From contig JAYUKQ010000086.1 of NCBI GenBank assembly GCA_043764315.1, positions 1 through 43,118 on the forward strand: a stretch of DNA of 43,118 nt. Direction: 5' to 3'. Below the pieces are notes generated by a model. The model had not been told where the DNA came from. It was given only the letters and a program-made list of their open reading frames with translations, and made no database searches. Numbering within the stretch: position 1 is the stretch's first letter; each line of letters begins with the position of its first letter. The stretch is from a bacterium. GTDB lineage: Bacteria > Patescibacteriota > JACMRA01. Both the position numbers and the translations under genes were made by a program. Below are positions 34,028-43,118 of the stretch, in pieces.

Positions 34028-34095
34028 TTCTATTATTAAGCTATAATTAAGCAAAAGTTATTGACCAAAAATTTAGTGTTACCAACAATCTTACA

Positions 34096-35466
34096 ATGCA
34101 TATTTATTTTTCTGGACTTGGAGGTAGTGGCTTGTGTCCACTTGCTAATTTAGCTGTTGACTGTGGTTATTTGGTTAGTGGTTCTGATCGTGAATTAAGT
34201 CAAAATCTTGAGTCTTTATCCAAGCGAGGTATCAAATATAGTTTAGAACAATCAGAATCTGAAATTCAAATTATCCACAAAAAAAATTCAATTGATTGGT
34301 TGGTTTACACGTCGGCATTACCAGTTGATCATCCACACATTCTCTTTGCCAAAAAAAACGGAATTAAATTAACTAAGCGTCACGATTTGATTAACACTAT
34401 TTTGAAGGATAAAAATCTAAAAATGATTGCCGTTGCTGGAACGCATGGTAAAACAACCACAAGTGGCATGTTAGTTTGGCTATTCAAACAACTTGATATT
34501 CCAGTTTCGTATTTAATCGGTAGTAATATAAGCTACGGGCGAAGTGGGGAATATGACGCTAAGTCGGAATTTTTTGTTTATGAGTGCGACGAGTTCGATC
34601 GTAACTTTCTTAATTTTAAGCCTTATTTGAGTGTAATTCCTAGTTTAGATTTTGATCATCCAGACACTTACAAAGACGAAAAAGATTATGTGCAAAGTTT
34701 TATTCAATTTTTTGGTCAATCTCAACAGGTTTTGACTTGGCAACAAATTATTAATTACGCTGAACAATCATCAAACCAAACAACACTAGAAAACCTTAAT
34801 CTAAACTTGTTGCAAGATAATGATATTGATAATCAAAGTTATTTTGTTAATTCCAATCGTATTACCTTGCCCGGTTTTTATAACCGTCGTAATTCTCTTT
34901 TAGCTGTAGTCACAATGATTTCTTGGATTGGATTGGATCACGACAAGATTTTGATAGCTATAAATTCGTTTCCAGGAACAGCAAGAAGATTTGAAGAATT
35001 ACAGCAAAATTTGTTTTCTGATTACGGTCACCATCCCAAAGAAATTGAAGCAACTCTCAACCTTGCCAGTGAAGTTATTAGATCTAACTCACAACAACAA
35101 AATCAACAAAATTTAATTTTAATTTATCAACCTCACCAAAATATACGCCAACATGACAAAGATATTCAAGAAGGTTATGCTAATTGTTTTTTACAAGCTA
35201 ATAAAGTCTATTGGTTACCAACTTATTTAAGTCGAGAGCAAGGTAATTTGGTAATTTTAACTCCTGATGAATTAGTTACGATTACCACACTTAATTATAA
35301 AAAAAACAAAGAATCAAATTGGTCAGACTTACCTGAATTAGAAATTGCAGCACTTGATGACAATTTATTTTCCAAAATTCAAGAACATTTGAACCATAAT
35401 GATTTGGTTGTATGTATGGGAGCTGGGGATGTTGATAGTTGGATCAGAAAAAATTTGTTAAGCTAG
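34096..35466 (+). CDS. murC: UDP-N-acetylmuramate--L-alanine ligase (Mur ligase family, MurC-like)
   Basis: MHIYFSGLGGSGLCPLANLAVDCGYLVSGSD (MurC N-terminal Rossmann), IAVAGTHGKTTTSGML, ECDEFDRNFL and DFDHPD. Confidence 0.8.
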   Translation: MHIYFSGLGGSGLCPLANLAVDCGYLVSGSDRELSQNLESLSKRGIKYSLEQSESEIQIIHKKNSIDWLVYTSALPVDHPHILFAKKNGIKLTKRHDLINTILKDKNLKMIAVAGTHGKTTTSGMLVWLFKQLDIPVSYLIGSNISYGRSGEYDAKSEFFVYECDEFDRNFLNFKPYLSVIPSLDFDHPDTYKDEKDYVQSFIQFFGQSQQVLTWQQIINYAEQSSNQTTLENLNLNLLQDNDIDNQSYFVNSNRITLPGFYNRRNSLLAVVTMISWIGLDHDKILIAINSFPGTARRFEELQQNLFSDYGHHPKEIEATLNLASEVIRSNSQQQNQQNLILIYQPHQNIRQHDKDIQEGYANCFLQANKVYWLPTYLSREQGNLVILTPDELVTITTLNYKKNKESNWSDLPELEIAALDDNLFSKIQEHLNHNDLVVCMGAGDVDSWIRKNLLS

Positions 35467-35479
35467 ATTTGTATCAAAG

Positions 35480-35510
<31 letters not shown>

Positions 35511-35530
35511 GTTGATTAAGTTATATAAGT

Positions 35531-35656
35531 ATGAGACAAAATAAGAGTATGTCTGAAGGCTTTTATCCAACACTAGAAAATTTAACAGAAGTAGAATCAA
35601 GTTTTACACAGAATCCAGAATGTTTAGATTCAACATTTAGTAACTGTGACTGTTAA
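35531..35656 (+). CDS. 41-aa acidic, Cys/Ser/Thr-rich peptide, homolog of the 26635 peptide; below the ORF-track cutoff
   Basis: MRQNKSMSEGFYPTLENLTEVESSFTQNPECLDSTFSNCDC. The C-terminal core aligns with CVNSTCSTSGC of peptide 1 (C1, S4, T5, S7 and C11 identical). Confidence 0.5.
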   Translation: MRQNKSMSEGFYPTLENLTEVESSFTQNPECLDSTFSNCDC

Positions 35657-35689
35657 GATTATTAGTGAATCAGTTTTGTAAGTTCTATT

Positions 35690-35713
35690 AAGCCCTAGTG
35701 GCTTTATTTTTTT
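35690..35713 (+). terminator. Short hairpin plus T-run between the peptide gene and its partner gene (possible leaky terminator or attenuator)
   Basis: aagcc (35690-35694) / ggctt (35700-35704), then tattttttt, ending 2 nt before the ATG at 35716. Confidence 0.4.
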
Positions 35714-35715
35714 AT

Positions 35716-36525
35716 ATGTTTAAGCTAACCCATTACTTGTACAACAGATTCAACACGTACCCAATACGTAGTCAAAATAGATTGACTAAAAGAATGATCA
35801 GAAACTATATATATAATAATCATTTATCGATCTTAAATGACAAGTCTTATTCTCACTTTTTATCTCTAAAACTTATTACCAGAAAAGAGATAGAATTATT
35901 TTTGATTCACGCTTTAGCTCACTCAGATGCCCCAATTGAAGTGTCTTTTAGAGAAATAGATTTTGGAGCAAAGTCTAATACAATAATAGATTTCTTGTGG
36001 TTTTTTACCAACGTAAAACCAACCAAAGTTGAAACTAAAGTTCTCTTGGAGTTAATCAAAATAGTTGTTAAAAGAAATTTTAAAATAAATTATTCTGATA
36101 AATCAATTAAGAGAGCTGATTTGGTTGATAAATCTAAATACATAACTGAATTGTGGGCTTTTTGTTTTATGATAGACATAATAATTAGTGAGTCATATAT
36201 TTGTTCATTGCAAAAACTAAAAATAAGAAAAAAATTGATTAAAAAACTCAAATCTAATCATTTCAAAGTTCCATTAAATTTTAGTTATTTTGCTTACTCT
36301 TTTGTAAATTCTTTTGCTATACATGATAATCCTAATAATTTAGTTAATTTCAAAACTGAACACTTTATTCCAATATTACAGCATAAGTTTAACACTCATT
36401 CGTTCACCAAATTACAACAAGTTGGTCAGAGTGTCATTGATAATGGAGTTGAAGGTAGTTACAATGCTACAGCGAATATAGTGTATAGTCACATACTAAA
36501 CCTTCTTGGAAGTGGTGATATTTGA
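35716..36525 (+). CDS. Uncharacterised 269-aa protein, paralog of 26750..27532 (shared LIHxxxHxD motif)
   Basis: See 26750..27532. ATG 35716 (MFKLTHY) is preferred over the GTG at 35698. Confidence 0.65.
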   Translation: MFKLTHYLYNRFNTYPIRSQNRLTKRMIRNYIYNNHLSILNDKSYSHFLSLKLITRKEIELFLIHALAHSDAPIEVSFREIDFGAKSNTIIDFLWFFTNVKPTKVETKVLLELIKIVVKRNFKINYSDKSIKRADLVDKSKYITELWAFCFMIDIIISESYICSLQKLKIRKKLIKKLKSNHFKVPLNFSYFAYSFVNSFAIHDNPNNLVNFKTEHFIPILQHKFNTHSFTKLQQVGQSVIDNGVEGSYNATANIVYSHILNLLGSGDI

Positions 36526-36587
36526 CAAAAAAACCATTTGTAAGCAATATTTATGAAGTTATACAATTTTAATCAAAGTCCATTATT

Positions 36588-36812
36588 ATGCCAGCACAAT
36601 GCGCTCTTACAGGTAAATCAAGACACAAAGTCATCAAAAGATCCAAATCCATGCATGGAACAATTACTTTCCTAAAAGCTAATTTGGTCTCAAAAAGAGG
36701 AGAAAAACTCAACACTATGCTAGGCTTTCCATATTTTGCTCCAAACAAAAAAATTAAAGTATCAGCACGTGCTTTGAGAACAATCAAGCATAAAATAATG
36801 AAAATTAAATAA
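36588..36812 (+). CDS. rpmB: 50S ribosomal protein L28
   Basis: MPAQCALTGKSRHKVIKRSKSMHGTITFLKANL...KIKVSARALRTI matches the L28 pattern M-x-x-x-C-x-x-TGK...N-x-SH-x-x-x-x-T-x-R-x-F-x-PNL...VS-x-x-x-x-R-x-I. Confidence 0.85.
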   Translation: MPAQCALTGKSRHKVIKRSKSMHGTITFLKANLVSKRGEKLNTMLGFPYFAPNKKIKVSARALRTIKHKIMKIK

Positions 36813-36849
36813 TATTTTATTTACTCAAATTTACTCAAAATTTAATTAT

Positions 36850-36876
36850 CCTGAATTCACTTCAGGTATTTTTTTT
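36850..36876 (+). terminator. Rho-independent terminator after rpmB
   Basis: cctgaa (36850-36855) / ttcagg (36861-36866), then ta and T8. Confidence 0.75.
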
Positions 36877-37044
36877 GTACAAATTGTAATAATTTAGTTT
36901 GTGATGATTTTTTGAAAAATAATTTATCTTTTGGGTATAAAAAGAATATTAATCTTAACATAGTAATTAATAATTTTATTATTGTGTTATTGAGTTTTTA
37001 CCTTTATTAAAAGCAATTATTTAATAATTAAAAAGTATTAACTC

Positions 37045-37074
37045 TTGACAAGATAATAAAATTCTTTCTATAAT
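37045..37074 (+). promoter_or_regulatory. Sigma-70-type promoter for the 23S rRNA, near-identical to the 16S promoter
   Basis: ctcTTGACAagataataaaattctttcTATAATactggggtgctgt (18-nt spacer). Matches the 16S promoter block apart from the position of a single extra base in the spacer. Confidence 0.8.
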
Positions 37075-37115
37075 ACTGGGGTGCTGTCAGAGAGAAATCG
37101 ACGACAACAAGCAAT

Positions 37116-37141
37116 AAATTTACAGTTAAATTTAAATAACA
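37116..37141 (+). other. 5' arm of the pre-23S processing stem; pairs with 40303-40328
   Basis: The reverse complement of aaatttacagttaaatttaaataaca is tgttatttaaatttaactgtaaattt, versus tgttatttaaatttaactgtaagttt at 40303-40328 (1 difference). A second inner pairing links 37201-37227 with 40263-40289. Confidence 0.75.
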
Positions 37142-37220
37142 AGTAGAATCATCTTTATAACCTGATTTAAGAATTTATTCTTTTATCAATAATAGAAATT
37201 CGTTACAAAAATTTGTGAAA

Positions 37221-40272
<3,052 letters not shown>

Positions 40273-40302
40273 CGTAAATTTTTGTTACGATTTGATTCCA
40301 AC

Positions 40303-40328
40303 TGTTATTTAAATTTAACTGTAAGTTT
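40303..40328 (+). other. 3' arm of the pre-23S processing stem
   Basis: Complementary to 37116-37141. Confidence 0.75.
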
Positions 40329-40523
40329 ATTCTTGCATTATACAAAATTAATCACTCCAATTATGGGGTCTTTTTTGTTTGTTTAAAATTTTTGATTTGT
40401 CAGAGTATTTCAAGAAATTTTGAAGTTCATAATTATTACTTAAACTGTATTATTGTCTTGACCAGAATTGGCTTATTATGGTATTTTTGGTTAGCAAATT
40501 TACTTTTTCTAATTTTTTTCTTT

Positions 40524-40792
40524 ATGCCTAATATCAACTCACCAATTACCAGAACTAACCCATCCTTAATTGTATTCTTACTAGATCAATCTGGTTCTAT
40601 GAGTGGACAGAAAAACTAATAATGGAACCAAATGCTGTTGGATTCGTGCTTAATGCTAAGCTTAATGACTTCAATAGATTCTTGAATGTCGGAACCCCTC
40701 TCGCTTCTGGCGATTTAGTTATTACCACTGTTCAACCTTCCTCAGCACAGTTGACTAATAGTAGTAACAACACTTTTGATTTGCCAATGTAA
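40524..40792 (+). pseudogene. von Willebrand factor A (TerY-like) gene remnant, frameshifted at an A5 run and 3'-truncated
   Basis: MPNINSPITRTNPSLIVFLLDQSGSMSGQKN then a double stop (MIDAS DxSGS motif). The -1 frame continues (L)IMEPNAVGFVLNAKLNDFNRFL...DLVITTVQ, which looks like vWA helix 1 and strand 2, and ends at 40792. The repaired length of about 90 aa is far short of a roughly 180-aa vWA fold. Confidence 0.6.
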
Positions 40793-40801
40793 TTGTTGAT
40801 T

Positions 40802-41635
40802 ATGTCTCAATATTCAACCCGAATTGTATTCAACCAGACAACACCTAAGCAAGGCTATGAACAGACAATTAATGAAGATTGCTCTAGGGTCTCAACTGAT
40901 TGTAATATAATTGCAATAGCTGATGGTGTCAGTTCTGCTGCTTATTCCAGAGATTGGGCTACCTTAATCTGTGATAGAGCAACTGATAACTTCCAAGAGT
41001 TCTCAACTGATGTTAATGAGTGGTTCCAAGTAACCCAAAAACAACACCTTACCAAAATGAGAGAGATTGTTCTTGATATGGTGAGCAGGGGTGAAGCTTT
41101 GCCTTTTTGGTGGGAACAAAAAATCCTAGTTGAAGGAGCTAGAGCCACTCTTATTGTCTGTGAAATAAAGCCAGAATCTCAAGAAGCTGTTATTCATAGT
41201 ATTGGAGATAGTTTTGCTTTTCATATTCTTAACGGTCAGATTATTGATCACAATACAATTTCTCATTGTCAGACTGGAAGTGTAGATAAAGGTAAATTAA
41301 CCCAAAAAATTATTACCAAAATTACAAAACTCCAAAAAAGTAGTCAGATATTATTGACCACAGATGCAATTGGCAATTATCTCTTGGAATACCCTAGCGA
41401 ACTTGAGGAATTACTTCAAGCTGGACTAGGGTCTGAGGCAGATTACTTCAACTTCGTAGATGTTAAGAGAGCTGAGAATAAGCTCAAAGATGATGATTGC
41501 ACTGTTGTTTTGATTGACTTGAAAGACGAACTAAAAAAATTCCAAAAGACACTAGAAACCCTAAAAAAAAAGCAAACAAAAAAAGTGTGTCGGAATCAGC
41601 TAACGAGACGATTCCCATTATTATCAATTAACTAA
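40802..41635 (+). CDS. PP2C-family Ser/Thr phosphatase-like protein
   Basis: IIAIADGVSS, IHSIGDSFAF, LLTTDAIGNYL and DDDCTVVLIDL correspond to the PP2C metal-binding Asp motifs. Confidence 0.7.
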   Translation: MSQYSTRIVFNQTTPKQGYEQTINEDCSRVSTDCNIIAIADGVSSAAYSRDWATLICDRATDNFQEFSTDVNEWFQVTQKQHLTKMREIVLDMVSRGEALPFWWEQKILVEGARATLIVCEIKPESQEAVIHSIGDSFAFHILNGQIIDHNTISHCQTGSVDKGKLTQKIITKITKLQKSSQILLTTDAIGNYLLEYPSELEELLQAGLGSEADYFNFVDVKRAENKLKDDDCTVVLIDLKDELKKFQKTLETLKKKQTKKVCRNQLTRRFPLLSIN

Positions 41636-41650
41636 TAACTTTGTGAATTA

Positions 41651-43118
41651 ATGCCAATTGACCAAACCGCCTATACAGAGTCTATAGAGGGTGGAGCTGC
41701 TTTTAACGCTCTTAACCCAAATATTCCAAACACTCTCAGAAACCTTCAATTCAAAAAAACTGATGGTGGCGGGTGTTGGTATGCCAGAGGTGGATTTGGT
41801 ATGGTTGTTGCGACTGTTGATAAAAACAATAACCCCCAAAAAGCACTCAAATTCTTCTTTCAGATGATTGATGAATGGTGCATTAGATATTCAACTATTC
41901 AACGGTATTTTACACAGTGCCAGTCCAGACCATCTTGGTTACTGGGTTTTGAGATTCATAGACGAGGTATTTTTATCAACCCAGATGGAGCTCCCGGACT
42001 TTATCCAGTTCTGGAGATGGATTGGGCAACTAATCATATTGAGATTGGTAAATTTATATCCCAGAATTATAGAGACAAAGATAAAATGAGGAGTCTAGCT
42101 AAAGTAATCTATAGACTAGCTCAAGATTGCCAAAAATACGGAATTGCTCACTGTGATATTCAACATGGCAATATAATGATCAATCCTGAAGGCAATCTAC
42201 AAGATATTAGTTGTCTCAAATTGATTGATTATGATGGCATGTTCGTTCCTAATAACAGTCGTCTGAATAATGTTGTTGCTGCTGGTTATGTTGGTTATCA
42301 ACATCCGTTATTCAGGAATTATTATGGAGTTGAAAGAGACTTTTTTGGATGGCATATCTTGTATTATACAATGGTTATATTATCGGAAGATCCTAATCTA
42401 TGGGAGAATCTGGTTAGTGAGAATGGTTCTTCAATTGTTAATCCTGTGAAAGAAGCGGAAAGTATGTTGTTCCAAGGTTATGATTACACAATGACAAACA
42501 ATAATACAATCAGCCCATTATTCCAAAAACTCTTGAATCACCCTAGTGAATTAGTCAAAAAAATTGCCCAACATATTCAACGATTAGTTAGATTAAACGA
42601 TATTAGCACAATTAATAATGTCAATCCAAAAGTAGATATAACTGGCATAGCAACTGTTCCAACTCAGAATGTTAACAATCAGAATCAACAACAATTCCAA
42701 GGATTCAATTTGTTTGATAATGATTTTCGCAAGCATGTTATCCAGATTATTGATATTATTCCAGTAATTATTATTCCCAATCCACCACAGAAGAATAGAG
42801 GGGTATGGCATAAATACAGTATGATTCCAACGAATATAGATGGAATTATAGCTAATCATGGGAATGGCAAAAATCTGCAAAAATTGAAAAATAGTTTAAT
42901 AGAAATAGAAAAGAAACACCACCAAATCAAATTATATCTAATAAAAGATTATGACACCAAGTTGAAGGATTATCCAATTAAGAGTATAAATTTTGATGCT
43001 AGACTTTTGGATGATTTTTTATCATTTAATCTAGCATTGTTTGATTCTGTAAACCCTGCTTTAAAAGTGGATGAATTTTTGGGTAGAGCTGTTGTTGGTC
43101 TGTTAATTTTACTTATAC
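41651..43118 (+). CDS. Hanks-type Ser/Thr protein kinase, 3'-partial (open to the window end; absent from the ORF track)
   Basis: My own translation finds no stop from ATG 41651 to 43118 (489 codons). Gly-loop ARGGFGMVV, ALKFF (the Lys of the VAIK motif), catalytic loop HCDIQHGNIMI, and DYDG in place of DFG. These are followed by an N/Q-rich linker and a hydrophobic AVVGLLILLI at the edge. Confidence 0.8.
   Translation, partial: MPIDQTAYTESIEGGAAFNALNPNIPNTLRNLQFKKTDGGGCWYARGGFGMVVATVDKNNNPQKALKFFFQMIDEWCIRYSTIQRYFTQCQSRPSWLLGFEIHRRGIFINPDGAPGLYPVLEMDWATNHIEIGKFISQNYRDKDKMRSLAKVIYRLAQDCQKYGIAHCDIQHGNIMINPEGNLQDISCLKLIDYDGMFVPNNSRLNNVVAAGYVGYQHPLFRNYYGVERDFFGWHILYYTMVILSEDPNLWENLVSENGSSIVNPVKEAESMLFQGYDYTMTNNNTISPLFQKLLNHPSELVKKIAQHIQRLVRLNDISTINNVNPKVDITGIATVPTQNVNNQNQQQFQGFNLFDNDFRKHVIQIIDIIPVIIIPNPPQKNRGVWHKYSMIPTNIDGIIANHGNGKNLQKLKNSLIEIEKKHHQIKLYLIKDYDTKLKDYPIKSINFDARLLDDFLSFNLALFDSVNPALKVDEFLGRAVVGLLILLI

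Noticed and set aside
40392-40523. First 44 codons of track ORF 40392..40619
   Set aside because: Only the last 31 codons (from ATG 40524) resemble a vWA N-terminus. The upstream part is AT-rich promoter or leader-like sequence with Phe/Leu/Ile-rich translation.
40273-40523. 5S rRNA or tRNA downstream of the 23S gene
   Set aside because: The sequence is the AT-rich 3' processing-stem arm followed by promoter-like DNA. There is no 5S-like GC-rich helices pattern and no cloverleaf.

Overview
AT-rich (about one-third G+C by eye), gene-dense bacterial chromosomal segment. It reads cleanly with the standard code: TGA is a stop, and secA, rpoC and uvrA are intact. All product calls come from motif recognition from memory, not from searches.

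Layout:
- Left edge: an IS30-family insertion sequence.
- 1.2-12.6 kb: the main genes secA, a GNAT-like gene, rpoC and the 16S rRNA gene are on the minus strand. Two small plus-strand ORFs (a lipoprotein and a hypothetical) sit among them.
- From about 12.8 kb to the end, every gene is on the plus strand, in this order:
  - yvcK/cofD-like gene, a recJ C-terminal fragment, and a GT4 glycosyltransferase.
  - A 650-bp non-coding region packed with a DnaA-box-like 9-mer.
  - uvrA and ppa.
  - A heavily reshuffled ribosomal-protein block: rplJ, rplL, rpsB, rpmG, rpmI, rplT, rplF, rplR, rpsE, tsf, a frameshifted small ORF, rplY, rplO, a peptide cassette, tRNA-Ile, rpoA.
  - Membrane and hypothetical genes.
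  - Two ABC ATPases with no permease genes.
  - A P-loop-less F1/V1-ATPase-like remnant.
  - murC, a second peptide cassette, and rpmB.
  - A stand-alone 23S rRNA gene.
  - A vWA (pseudogene), PP2C phosphatase and Ser/Thr kinase triad. The kinase ORF runs off the window end and is missing from the ORF track.

Most interesting observations:
1. A two-gene cassette occurs twice. Each copy has a roughly 41-44 aa acidic, Cys/Ser/Thr-rich peptide followed by a paralogous 260-270 aa protein that shares an LIHxxxHxD motif.
2. A candidate oriC is built from 11 copies of TTAT(A/C)GACA.
3. The 16S and 23S genes are unlinked and on opposite strands, each with its own copy of the same promoter. No 5S gene is adjacent.
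4. rpoC is detached from rpoB, and the conserved ribosomal superoperon is fragmented.
5. Three simple-sequence tracts sit at gene starts or inside an ORF: C9, (TG)7 and (GTTTT)5.

The overall picture fits an uncultured reduced-genome lineage (CPR/Patescibacteria-like), but that is an inference.
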